NCBI GenBank assembly: GCA_032718475.1
Contig: JAUCBJ010005463.1
Location: 1-64,000, forward strand
Direction: 5' to 3'
DNA length: 64,000 bases
Source of the DNA: Nemertoderma westbladi
Lineage: Eukaryota; Animalia; Xenacoelomorpha
Made by a program: the position numbers and the translations under genes. The notes under the pieces are model-generated. The model searched no databases, was not told the origin of the DNA, and saw only the letters and a program-made list of their open reading frames with translations. Shown here piece by piece: positions 1 through 10,918 of the stretch. The first letter of the stretch is position 1. Every line of letters begins with the position of its first letter.

Positions 1-530
1 GAACAATCATACTGGTTGGTTTGTTGATTTGGCGACAGCAGTCGTGGAGTTGGCAATCAATATAATATAATATATGCATGATGCGTGTAGTTGGTGGCCA
101 CGTTGTCAGCATATACAGTATACAGTGGTTGGTTGCGTGGATAGGAAATAACTATGGAAATATTCGTATACGTGTAGCTGGAACGTGGCGGAATTTCAAC
201 ACGTATCATAATAGCGTTGGACTACTGGTAGGCAGGCGGCTTGGTTGGTTGGATTGATTGGTTTGGCGACAGCCGTCGAGGAGTAGCCGTGCGTGGCTAG
301 CGGTGGTGGTGGTGAGTTGGCAATCGATATATAATATAATAGCGTAGTGGGGGCTAGCCATGCGTTGAGAAGTTAGGTTACGCGAAGATGAATATGCGAT
401 GGTTGGTTGATGCAACGACACGAATCAATACTCACGGGTGGTAACAGTTGTCGAGTAAGGCAGGCATCGCGAGGTTAGGCTACGCGTAGGTGATAAGCAA
501 CGATTGGTTGAAGGCAACAATGCTGTTGGT
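1..530. repeat. Diverged direct repeats rich in GGTT/GGTTGGTTG
   Basis: Blocks such as tttggcgacagc...gagttggcaatc..tataatataata occur near 28-70 and again near 263-341, with many ggttggttg motifs. Confidence 0.5.
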
Positions 531-1479
531 GACAGATGGTCATTAAACATCGCGATTTAGCACCTTTTTAATAGCCCTCCGAGATGCAGCCCGTAGCCCA
601 AGCTAGGGAGGAGTTCGCTCAGAACTATGTTTCTCCTACTACTGATGTAGAAGGGGAACCAAGAAAAACTTGATTGCGCTCCAAGATTTCAACCATACCA
701 CTATCATTCGTAGGGGAGTAGGGCCTATCCGACTTGAGGGGAAATGCCTTCCATTGAACTAAGTTTTGCATGGAAACATATTTTAGGTGTTCCGACGATG
801 CATTTGCTTTGTATATATTCCTTCAATGTCTTGAACGCTTCCGAAAGTTCGCCACTGGATGACCACAAAGAATAACTATAGCTATTTACATCAGTTGGTA
901 ATGCATAATTATCTAACGCCATATACACTTGTTATCAACGAAAATCTTCGCTCTTAGTATTTCGACGACAGAAGATAATGTGTACCGTAATTCAAAGGTA
1001 GCCTTAATTTATGGGCATTTGATTCACCAAGCTGCCAACCGGTTTTTTCACTTGGAAATAACCCGCTCCACTGTCTACTTTAACACGAACTTCTACCACA
1101 TTCCACGAGTTGCGAGTGGGATTAGGGGTTTGACTTAATTGGCGAAGTTCGGGCATTCTGGTGGATCCGGTAGCTCGTTTAGGTGTAGTGGAAACCTTTT
1201 CGATAGAATGGTTCGATCGTTCATCCAAACAACCTTCGAACTCTATTGTTTCTTTATTAATATCGAAAATCTTGTTATTAATATCGTGGCGCAAATTGCT
1301 AACTAAGTTCTTCTTAGTTCACTAGTTGGTTTACAACCAGAAGGCCTATTAAACTCCGCCATCTCCTCACAAAGAAAACCCTGGGTCACCAGGAAGGCCA
1401 GATTGTGAGGGGGAGAGGGATTCTGGAGTTGGAGGCTACTCTCATGTTCCACCCCGACCAACAAAGCCATTGGTGAATC

Positions 1480-2480
1480 TGAGGCAAGTCACTAGACTAG
1501 CCTCAGTAAACACCCTAACACTCGGGTCCCCAATGCGACAAGGTGAGCTGACTGCCTTGGCAGATAAGCTTTCTCTTAGCGCAGTGGGTATTCATGAGAA
1601 CAGACTAATGAGATTCTGATTAAGGATATGGGGGGCGGTTAGCGTCTCGTGATGATAACTCCACCTACTGGCTCCAGAAGTCGAGGAAATCCTGCCAAGT
1701 ACCTAACTTATCTAGACTTTGCTGATGACTTAGGAGTACTCTCAGAATCACTAGAGGGAGCCCAACGGCTCCTCAGCTCATTAGAACATGCTGCTTCTAG
1801 TGTTGGTCCTTTTTATTAACTCCAGAAAGACCAAAATGTTGACAGTTAACTTTGAAAGTCCTCAGCAAGTCTCTGATCGGATGAACATAAGCTCAAAAGA
1901 TGGTATGCTTGAGCATGTGGATGACTTCTGTTACCTGGGATCATGGATCCGGAAGTCAGGTGAGGACCTTCGAATACGTAAGGGAAAGGCATGGGCAGCC
2001 TTGACTAGGCTTTCCAGGATTTGGAAGTCAACGAGAATTAATCGGAAACTTAAGGTCCGATTATTTAGAGCAGCAGTAGTTCCAGTACTCCTCTATGGGA
2101 GTCCATGCTGGGCTCTAACTGCTGGGGACACCAAATCTCTGGATGGCACATTCACAAGAATGCTACGCCGGGTTCATTGTGTCAAGTACAATGCACACAT
2201 CTCCAACCAGACACTATATAACATTGGAGGTGTCTCATTGGTTCCCCCAAGCTTGACACTAGAACAAAATCGCCTCCGCTTTGCAGGACATTGCTTTCGC
2301 CGTGAGGACCAGCCAGTGCATAATATTGTACTTTGGCAGCCTCATGGAATAAATAAGCATGGTGGACAGCCCATGACTTTCTTGAGACGCATCTAAAGGA
2401 CACTGGCCTAGAAGATGCGGATGATCTAGCAAATGTAATGGGTGATAGGGAGTTGTGGCGGAGCAATTTTGTCGACAAGC
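1480..2480 (+). pseudogene. Internally deleted RTE-like LINE (endonuclease N-terminus joined to RT C-terminal half)
   Basis: 1483-1607 reads RQVTRLASVNTLTL...LSAVGIHENRL, resembling an APE endonuclease start. About 1690-1800 reads YLTYLDFADDLGVLS (RT FADD motif). After a frameshift, ORF 1788-2396 has DFCYLGS, PVLLYGS and RLRFAGHCFR, typical of RTE-clade RT C-termini. Confidence 0.85.
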
Positions 2481-2539
2481 CGGCACAGCATTCTTAAAAA
2501 TGCAGCTGCAATGCAGCATGCCGATCCTAGTAGTAGTAG

Positions 2540-2660
2540 GGAGACAAACATTAATGACGGACACAATCATTAATAAGGGATACACATGAATCAGGGGCAT
2601 AAACATTAATGGGGGACACCTTATAATATGGGTCAATGCATGCCAATGGATATTAATATG
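2540..2660 (-). repeat. Minisatellite (~21-bp ATTAATGTTTGTCCCTC-like unit), inverted relative to the array at 15.8 kb
   Basis: gggagacaaacattaat and ggggcataaacattaat are reverse complements of the units at 15785-15975. Confidence 0.6.
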
Positions 2661-2812
2661 AGCGATGGTGATGCTTGCCATCAGACCATCAGATATTAAG
2701 TGATTAACTGAAAAATACTACCATGGGAACGTGAGCTTCGATCAAAGTAGCGCCGCTCTGTAGTCATTCCATCTACCTAATTAGATGGAAATTAATTGAA
2801 AGCGACGTTTGG

Positions 2813-4099
2813 TGTAAAAGCTTCTGTGGGATATAACTGGCCCCTTTGCTTCGCAATCCAGTTTCCCCCCAGGCGCTGGAATACTCTAAAAGGGTTCTCT
2901 AACTGTATAAATATTCCCCTCGCCCTCAAGGTACCGTTACAGGTGTTTTAACGGACATAAAAGTCATTCTGCTATATACGTGTTTTAGCGGACATGGTAA
3001 GACAAAAAACCTGCAATGCGACAAATACCTTTCATAGCTTAGCCGTGATGATTCATATTACGACATCTAACAGCTGGTTGCTGACATGGAAACAGCCATT
3101 GGACGCATGGTTCTTTGTTTGGCTTGAACCAATCAGAGCGATTTTTCCTGTCGACGTGTAGCTTTTCGGTCGATCATAAGGAGTGTGTTCAGTCTTACGG
3201 TTTTTTCTTGATACTTTGTTGTTATTGCTGTCTAGGCCAGGAACAACGGCTCTAGAGTCAATTCGTTTCATACTTTTAGAAGAAACATTAGTAGGCTTAA
3301 ATTATAGAGCGTATGACTGTTATCAATTCAATTCAGTCTATATCATAACACATCATATATTAATTTATATCAACTTGTTTCTATTCTTGTATTATCGGTT
3401 CAATATACATTATTATACTGCTGTTTACTATCGTGTTTGGTTGAACATTATTTGGAGAACATCTATAAAGAACCCAAATTTCCCAATTTTCTTGATACAC
3501 TACAGGTTAGAGAGACGGGTTATATATAGCGATTGCGACTTATATTATTGTGGTTTGTAGTGAATTTAATGCTATTTGATAAGCACTACATGAGTCCGTT
3601 GCTGTTCGCTTTATATATGATAAAATTCATTGACGGTCGGCAAATTAGTGAGCAGTATTGTGTGTTACCGGTAGTGTGCATGATTGTGATTGATAACTAA
3701 GCATTTCCTAAAGAATGCGCCTCATACGTGAATCATAAGCCTTACCGACTTACCGTTGTGATTAGTGTAAGTCATATCTCTGTTTACCTAGATAGAGCGC
3801 CACGTCCTAAAGGAACTGTTAATATTTCCCGAAAGTAAATAATATTAGTCAGAAATTAATTATTAACGATCAATCGAATAATACAATACCGTAAGCTTCA
3901 CTGCAATAATAATTTAAGCCCTCAGAATCCAGTCTCCCGGGATTATCCAGCGGGTGAATGGACGCGCACTATGCTGGCTTCTGCTAATGTTGTGTTTATT
4001 GGTATTAAATATTTGTCAACTTCTAAAGTCTATTTATAAACCAAAAGACATATAAATTTTGGCAGGTTAAACTGCTAAAGGTCTTCAAAAGCGCGTACA
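2813..4099 (+). repeat. E1 5' LTR
   Basis: Direct repeat of 14078-15364 (offset 11265). Starts TGTAAAAG and ends GCGTACA. CCAAT box (aaccaatcagagcg, ~3127) is conserved in the E2 LTRs. Confidence 0.97.
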
Positions 4100-4137
4100 A
4101 TAACAGTCATTGACTTTATTGCAGTAAGCAATAAAGT
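4100..4137 (+). promoter_or_regulatory. Non-tRNA primer-binding site (complementary to own LTR 3313-3323) followed by a conserved hairpin
   Basis: 4100-4110 ATAACAGTCAT is the reverse complement of 3313-3323 ATGACTGTTAT. There is no TGG start. Stem ACTTTATTGC/GCAATAAAGT spans 4113-4137. Confidence 0.7.
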
Positions 4138-4165
4138 TGAAAGTACCGGTCAACCGGTAAACCTG

Positions 4166-4292
4166 AACCGGTACTTCTGTAGGTCAGTAGGCCCAACTGC
4201 CAGAACCGGTACTTCTGTAGGTCCGTAGGTCCAACTGCCAGAACCGGTACTTCTGTAGGCCTGTAGGCCCAACTGTCCTAACCGGTACTTCC
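4166..4292 (+). repeat. 38-bp tandem repeat x3.3 in the E1 leader
   Basis: aaccggtacttctgtagg.c.gtagg.ccaactg.c.. starting at 4166, 4204, 4242 and 4280 (partial). Confidence 0.9.
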
Positions 4293-4469
4293 AGTATAAG
4301 TACATTAGTGTTATTCGATTTGATTATTGTATACCGGTAGGTCTCGATATTAAATCGGGGACGCCTGGTTTTTATTGGGATTTTACTTAGGTCTATTTCT
4401 GTCAGTTTTATTTTCTAGTAAGTTAATATTGAGCTGAAGACGTGTAAGTCTGCTCAGATTGTTCAGATA

Positions 4470-5045
4470 ATTGTAGGCCAGACTGTTGTCGGATTGTTGT
4501 TGGGTTTGGAGAGATTACGGCGTGTGTAGAGTTTGTCCGATAGAGTGCCAGTTAGTAAGTTGGGGCAGCCATAGCTGTAAGGTCAATCCCCTCTTAAAGA
4601 ATAAGTCGTACTACCGTGTTAGAACGCATACTAACTAACAATTTTGGAATTTGCACATACTGTAGTTTATTTAGGCTTGACAGTATTCTGCCAGCGCTTT
4701 GGACTGTGTTTGTTTGTGTGGTCTGTTCAGGTACCGTAATAGTTATTACTCAGATATTTTGTAGGCTGGATTGTTGTCTAGCTATTATTAGGTCTGAAGA
4801 GATTGCTGCTTGTGTAGAGTTTGTCTGATAAAGTGCCAGTTAGTAAGTTGGGGCAGAAATAGCTGTAAGGTCAATCCCCTCTTAAAGAATAAGTCGTACT
4901 ACCGTGTTAGAACGCATACTAACTAACCGTTTTGGAATCTGCACATACAGTAGTTGATTTAGGCTTGGTGGTAGTCTGCCAGCGTTTGGTCTGTATTTTG
5001 TTTGAGTATTCTGTACGGGTAGCGTAATATTTATTATTCAGAGTT
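4470..5045 (+). repeat. ~288-bp tandem duplication in the E1 leader
   Basis: tgtgtagagtttgtc...gcatactaactaac occurs at 4523 and 4811. E2 has a single copy. Confidence 0.85.
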
Positions 5046-6331
5046 TATGCGATTATTCGCAACATTCATGTCCCCAAGTTTATTCATACAGTAATTGTGC
5101 TTGTTATACATACCGTTATAGTTAAATTAACCCCGGTACTACACGGGCTGCTTGGCGTAGGACAAGACTGGTGACTTTGTGCTCTGGTCACTCCAGCAGA
5201 TGCCGTGGTTCTTTTAACTGTTCAAGTATATTTAACTACTGATTATTTGTTGTACCAGTACTTGTACCTAATTTAGGGTTTAGTGTACAGTGCTTTCCGA
5301 AGTAATTAGTGTGTAGGCAGTATATTTGTGTTGTAAAGTGGTTAATAGGCACGCTGGATCTGGTAGTCCGCGGTAATTAACTTCTAGGTAAGAACACTCC
5401 GTGATACATAATGTAGTACCTATAGCGATACGGCTATAGGTCGTCAGGCGATGGTATTTTCCTATCTGGACAGTGCAATATATTTACTACTACTTATTAT
5501 TTTCAAATACCGTAGTACCCTGTCCGTTGTAATAACCAGAATTCTAACCCTTTGTTAGGCTGGTTTGTAGACTTCCTGTAAAATTACCCTAAAAATTTCG
5601 TACGTAATATTTTTGTTGTGTTTAATTAGAGAATTAATCTCACCCGTATCGTAAGTAATTTGTAGTATTAAGTAACTTAGGAAAATTAGAATTATCTGTT
5701 TTAGTGTCAAATAAATAGCACTTCACTGAGAGCGCACCGCTTCTGTGTAGTGACCCCCCAGAAATAATAACATTTATTTCAAATATTGACAAAACCCTTT
5801 TTAAACGGGTATATATATATTATAAATCAACTCAAACGATTTATATAGTAGGCCTGCCATACAACAACTAGGTCTCAATATCAGTTGGACTACTGCTTAA
5901 ATAGCGGTAATAAAGTAAGTTAAAGTAACCAAGTAACCCTAAAATATTCAGAAATTCAATTATTCTAAAATAATTGACATACCGGTATTTACCATAGGCT
6001 TACTATATTTATTTCTATAAATTTGTGCTGAAAGCATACCGGTATTCTGTAATTAATTCTAGTTCATAATTATACTTATATATACTATAAGTGTAAGCTG
6101 TATACCGGTATTCACGATAGGCCTATTATATATTTATATATATTTGTGCTAAATTTATATACCGGTACTCTGTGACAAAACTAGTTTACAATACTTATAT
6201 ATATTATAAGTGCATACCGGTATTCTAATATACTGCAATAAATTACCGGTACTAGGCCAACGGTCATACTGAATTACTAGACTTGCTTTAACTGTAACTA
6301 TAGCAGTAAGCATTCAACTGTATAGCTAAAC

Positions 6332-9300
6332 ATGTCTGACACTCAGCAAAACCTGTCAGACAGTCTAATCGATACAACCATCTGTGACACAGATAGGAGT
6401 GTTGAGCGATTAAGAAAGGAGTTCAGCTCACCTCCTACTGAAAGAAAGGTCATCCCTCCAGTAGTAGTATCGGACCCTAAGCTAATCCAATACCGTAGGT
6501 CTATCATCGGCACTCGGGCCCAAGTCAAACGGAACCAGGAAGCAGCTGCCCCACAGCAGCAACAGCCTAGTCAAGAAACTTGTTCCCAGCGATCAAATAG
6601 CTCCAGTAGTTCGGATACTGTCGAACTGACCCCCGAACGCGGATTGCAGATGACGGCTAAAGCCTACTCGGACCCCCTTCTCACCCTTCCTGCCGCAGTG
6701 CTAACAACTATATCGATTGCGGTGGAGGAACATCAAGCAGATTGGGCGAGAAATAAGCGAGCGACCCAAGATGATTATGCGGGATACGCCAGGGAAGAAT
6801 TGATGTCTATTGTCGAGTCACAATGGAACTTTCCCGGACCCGGACTCCCGTTAGATCTGTCCGAGGCTACTTGGGAAGATATACACAGGATGGGAGTGGC
6901 TAAAGATATGATGGATCCAGCTGTTTGGAAGAGGTCGGCAGCAGGATATGTGCAGGGATTCTTCGGCTCCTTAGAGAGATTAGAAGAACAACTGTTTCGA
7001 CAACCCCAAGGACCTCAAGAGCAGGAAGAACTGCTATATCAAGTACGCGAAAGAACCCTACGCTTTCGACTAATCCTATCAGCTTTTGAGGAAACTTCCA
7101 AAAGAAGACAGGACACGTCACTGCAGGTTGCTGTCAAAACTTGGTTCCAGCGGGTAGGTCTCCAAGTACAAGAAACAGACCAGTGGAAATCCCAACTGTC
7201 TGAGAGACTAACTTATGAAGAACCAACCGATGCCACCCTTTCTCAAGTGGAAGGCGAAGAGACCTCAGAGAAACCACGAACGAGAGACGCCATAGACATT
7301 TATCTGTCCGACTATCAGCGATTCCTAGGAGACGAAGAATTGAGCAGACGGCTGTCTGGACTTTCCCCCAATAGTGAAGGAACCCAGCGTGTGTTAGATT
7401 CAATCGATGCTGAAATGTTAGCGGCTAACCAAGCCGAGTTTGATGAAAAACTTCGCCTCACTAGAGTCCAAGAAGAACTAGTAAAGAAAAAACGGATAGA
7501 GGACAAAAGGGCAGTGGCAGCGGCCAAAGCGGCAGCGTCAGTAGAAGAGGCAAAGGCGGCAGCGGCAGTGGAAGCGGCAAAGGCAGTAGCAGAAGCAAAT
7601 GCTGCAGCAACAGTGGAAGCAGCCAAAGCAGCAGCAGCAATAGCATTGGCAGACGCGGAACAGAGAGCGTCTGAAGAGACCACCCAACTGGAGTTGGAGA
7701 ATCTGCAAGAGACGCAAGACAACATAAATAAACAGTTAACTGCTAGTCACATGCAGATGATGAGAAAATCTACTCCCAAACGCCAGGGCTATACTTCATC
7801 GGAGGAAAGCGAAACCACCGATCCTGAAGGCGGAGGAAATAGATCTCGTCTAAGCAGGCGTAGAAAAACATCTTACCGTCACAAATTGCCTGATTTGCCT
7901 CCAGCTGTTAGAAGACAACTAGCTAACACAGACTTAAGTAGTATAGAACCTACAGACCAAACTATTCAGGTCAAAAGACTCCCAACAATAGTTGATGAGC
8001 CTGAAATAATTAGGCCTGTCGTTCCAAAAGTCACACCTGTGCTAGAGACCCCTGTACTTCCAGAGCTTAACTCTAAGTTCCCTTTACACAGTACTACACT
8101 GCCTGTACCCGGTAGAACAGTCCATGAGAATATCCCTGTCCTGGAAGCTGAGAGAGAAATCAAAGATTTGTCTCCCGTCGTCCCGCGTCAGCCCGCTACA
8201 ATGTTGGCGACTCCCGCTGCGGCGGTCGAGTGGGTAGAAGAGGGACGGCGGGGGATGAACCTCCTGCTCGGACAGATGCAGGAGACTGTCCACCAGCTTA
8301 AGGGAACAGTAAGGGAAGGTAGGGCAGAATTGCAAGAAGTACAGCAAAGTATCGCACTGGAACGCGACAAATTAGTCAATATACAAAAAGGCATACCAAT
8401 ACCCCCTGTAACATTGTGTCAACCTGTTAGGTCTGAAGTATTACATGCGCAAGGTGTGGAGCCTACACGCATCTATACTGCTAGTGAAGTTGAAACTCCT
8501 ATAGCAAACCCTATTAAGGGTGATTATAGACCTGTTATTAATGATATCCCCTATAGACCTGACAATGATCCGAGAAATTTATATACCGATAATTCGATAT
8601 TAAATAACACGATGGCCCAAGAAAGCTTTACGCGTCAGATGGCTAGAACAGAAGCCCGCCAAGCGGTCAAAGTGGGAGAGATCGTCAAATTCAATGGAGA
8701 TGAGATGAAATGGTTACCTTTCAACGAATATTACAAAGACAGCATACAGAACTCTGTGCTATCTAACGGAGAGAAACTTAGGTTCCTCATCAAGTGCTTG
8801 GAAGGACCTCCCAAGTTAATTGGACATCCAGAAGGATTAAGACAAGTTTGGGATACATTAAACATCAGGTATGGTAACAAGGATAACATAGCTAAGTATT
8901 TGTATGCAAAATTAGTAGCCCCCCGACACTTCCTTAGTAGCGGGATTATAGAGTTTTCCAATGAAATTCAGGAGATCTGTAGACAATTGGACTGGTTAGG
9001 TAAGTCTCATGAATATCAGAGTTCAATGGTTATTGGAGCCGTAGTCTCTACTTTACCAAAGGGTGGAGTATGTACACGCTGGGACAAGAAAGTGTTGTAC
9101 ATGAATGAACAACAACGACGAAGTCCTACCATGGCTGATCTCATGTCCTTCTTAGATAGTGAAGTAAAATTACAACTCATAAAGCAGTCCAGAGAGAAAA
9201 CATCGGAAAATAAGGTAAGTGAGAAACCCGTTTCTAGGAGAAGGATAATACCAGTGTGTTATACTGACGATGGCGAAAGCCAAGCTTCTCAAGAAGAGGA

Positions 9301-10918
9301 CAGCGGGAAAGACACAGCAAAATCTTACTATGACAACAAGACCTATAAAGACGTAAGTAAATACAAGTCTCGAACCAGTGACAGGAGAGAACAGGTAACA
9401 ACAACTCCTCCTACGTCTCCTAAGAGAATTCACGGAAGAAAGCCCGAAGAAAGAACGAGAGTGCATAACGTTACCCAAGGTAAGGTGAGTAACATCAAAC
9501 CAAAATGTGCGCTGTGCGACGGGCCCCACCGTTTGAGTGCGTGTGCTGAATTTCTAAAGAAATCCCTTGTAGACAGACATACAGTCCTGTGGAATAAGCG
9601 GTTATGCTATAATTGCCTCAGATCAGGACACCAACGGCGAACCTGTTACTCCGACATAAAGTGTGCAAAGTGTGGCGCGAAACATCACATCTTGTTACAC
9701 AGTGAGTTCGAACGAGACAAACAGAGTCAGGTAAGTGAGCCCGAACTACATGTCCAATTCAGTGATGTAAATGACACTGATCAGGAGTCTGAGATGGAAG
9801 GATTCTATACTGACGAATTCTCCGACGCCAACGAATCCTGTTATCTAATCAATACCGCAATGTATCGAGCACTTACTTATGGAAAGGACACCAACAATGA
9901 GTTTCCCCCAACTACTTTTGCTCCAACTTCCAACGTAGGAATCAGAGAATTTCCTGTAGTGCAGGTAAGAGTTCACGGTCCTAACAAAAGTTACATAGTG
10001 AACGCCCTCCTTGACTCCGGCAGCACAGGAACATTCATCGATCAAGAACTAGCCGAAGATATCTTTGCTGGACAACCCAAATTCCGGACTAAATTAAATA
10101 TGTCAGGAATTATGCAGGTTTGGGAATCTACCCTAACGGCAGACTACTATGTAGGTGTGTTGTCCACCCCCCAGGATAAATTAGGAGCACAAGGTATAAG
10201 GTCGGTAAAAATGGTGGCTATAAAGAACTTCGCTACTACCCAAGCAGACCTTTATAATTGGGACGAGGATGAGAGCATCCAACATCTTAAGATACCTCGA
10301 TTCCAGACAGATTATCCTGGAGTGCAAATACTCATTGGCCAAAACGCGCATGAGGCGCTCGAGACATTGGAGAAACGGCCTGCTCAACCGCAGCCACTAC
10401 AAACCTATGCGGTAAGAACTAGAGTAGGTTGGTACTTCACTGGCCCTTCCCGTAGAACTCTCAAAGAGAGATTACCTCAACAACAGGTATACCAAGTAAA
10501 CGAATGGGAAGTGGAGAGCAGTGATGTGGACGATCCAACTGAGGGAACACCATACTCCTCAGATAATGACGATATTAACTCCAATGTAGATCAATGGAGA
10601 CATTGCCTCGGGACGATTAATCCAGCCGACATTGCTTCCAGAGGAGCAACTCCTCAAGAACTGATAGATAATCCAGGCTGGTTAGGTGGATCCGACTTCT
10701 TAAGTAAAGAAGAAGAAGAATGGCCTCCTCATCTTACCCCGGTGAAGATTAGACAGACCAAGGGAGCGGAGAAAGTAACACAACAACTAAATCGCCCAGC
10801 TAGTCGTTTATGTTTACTGGAAAGAGACCGAAAACTGTCCGGAAACTATGGAAGGCAAGATACTCTTCCTACGACCACTTCCCTAATCCGACAAATATCT
10901 AGGGACTCCATAACGTAA
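6332..10918 (+). CDS. BEL/Pao Gag-protease polyprotein with in-frame deletions of RT, most of RNase H and integrase
   Basis: 1528-aa ORF. It has the Pao gag core (KFNGDEMKWLPF...EKLRFLIKCLEG), three Cys/His motifs (CALCDGPHRLSAC, CYNCLRSGHQRRTC, CAKCGAKHHILLH) and protease ALLDSGS. After that come only an NPADIASRG block and the integrase C-tail (LNRPASRLCLL). Confidence 0.93.
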   Translation: MSDTQQNLSDSLIDTTICDTDRSVERLRKEFSSPPTERKVIPPVVVSDPKLIQYRRSIIGTRAQVKRNQEAAAPQQQQPSQETCSQRSNSSSSSDTVELTPERGLQMTAKAYSDPLLTLPAAVLTTISIAVEEHQADWARNKRATQDDYAGYAREELMSIVESQWNFPGPGLPLDLSEATWEDIHRMGVAKDMMDPAVWKRSAAGYVQGFFGSLERLEEQLFRQPQGPQEQEELLYQVRERTLRFRLILSAFEETSKRRQDTSLQVAVKTWFQRVGLQVQETDQWKSQLSERLTYEEPTDATLSQVEGEETSEKPRTRDAIDIYLSDYQRFLGDEELSRRLSGLSPNSEGTQRVLDSIDAEMLAANQAEFDEKLRLTRVQEELVKKKRIEDKRAVAAAKAAASVEEAKAAAAVEAAKAVAEANAAATVEAAKAAAAIALADAEQRASEETTQLELENLQETQDNINKQLTASHMQMMRKSTPKRQGYTSSEESETTDPEGGGNRSRLSRRRKTSYRHKLPDLPPAVRRQLANTDLSSIEPTDQTIQVKRLPTIVDEPEIIRPVVPKVTPVLETPVLPELNSKFPLHSTTLPVPGRTVHENIPVLEAEREIKDLSPVVPRQPATMLATPAAAVEWVEEGRRGMNLLLGQMQETVHQLKGTVREGRAELQEVQQSIALERDKLVNIQKGIPIPPVTLCQPVRSEVLHAQGVEPTRIYTASEVETPIANPIKGDYRPVINDIPYRPDNDPRNLYTDNSILNNTMAQESFTRQMARTEARQAVKVGEIVKFNGDEMKWLPFNEYYKDSIQNSVLSNGEKLRFLIKCLEGPPKLIGHPEGLRQVWDTLNIRYGNKDNIAKYLYAKLVAPRHFLSSGIIEFSNEIQEICRQLDWLGKSHEYQSSMVIGAVVSTLPKGGVCTRWDKKVLYMNEQQRRSPTMADLMSFLDSEVKLQLIKQSREKTSENKVSEKPVSRRRIIPVCYTDDGESQASQEEDSGKDTAKSYYDNKTYKDVSKYKSRTSDRREQVTTTPPTSPKRIHGRKPEERTRVHNVTQGKVSNIKPKCALCDGPHRLSACAEFLKKSLVDRHTVLWNKRLCYNCLRSGHQRRTCYSDIKCAKCGAKHHILLHSEFERDKQSQVSEPELHVQFSDVNDTDQESEMEGFYTDEFSDANESCYLINTAMYRALTYGKDTNNEFPPTTFAPTSNVGIREFPVVQVRVHGPNKSYIVNALLDSGSTGTFIDQELAEDIFAGQPKFRTKLNMSGIMQVWESTLTADYYVGVLSTPQDKLGAQGIRSVKMVAIKNFATTQADLYNWDEDESIQHLKIPRFQTDYPGVQILIGQNAHEALETLEKRPAQPQPLQTYAVRTRVGWYFTGPSRRTLKERLPQQQVYQVNEWEVESSDVDDPTEGTPYSSDNDDINSNVDQWRHCLGTINPADIASRGATPQELIDNPGWLGGSDFLSKEEEEWPPHLTPVKIRQTKGAEKVTQQLNRPASRLCLLERDRKLSGNYGRQDTLPTTTSLIRQISRDSIT

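Noticed and set aside
1330-1480. HDV-like ribozyme at the 5' end of the RTE-like LINE
   Set aside because: Such ribozymes occur in RTE 5' UTRs, but I could not build the nested double pseudoknot by eye. A descriptor search would be needed.
3053-3560. ORFs 3053-3271 and 3183-3560 and their copies at 14.3-14.8 kb
   Set aside because: They lie within the LTRs, have no recognisable domain and are not conserved as ORFs in the E2 LTRs.
4166-4292. CRISPR-like repeat array
   Set aside because: Head-to-tail 38-bp tandem repeat with no unique spacers, in a eukaryotic retrotransposon leader.
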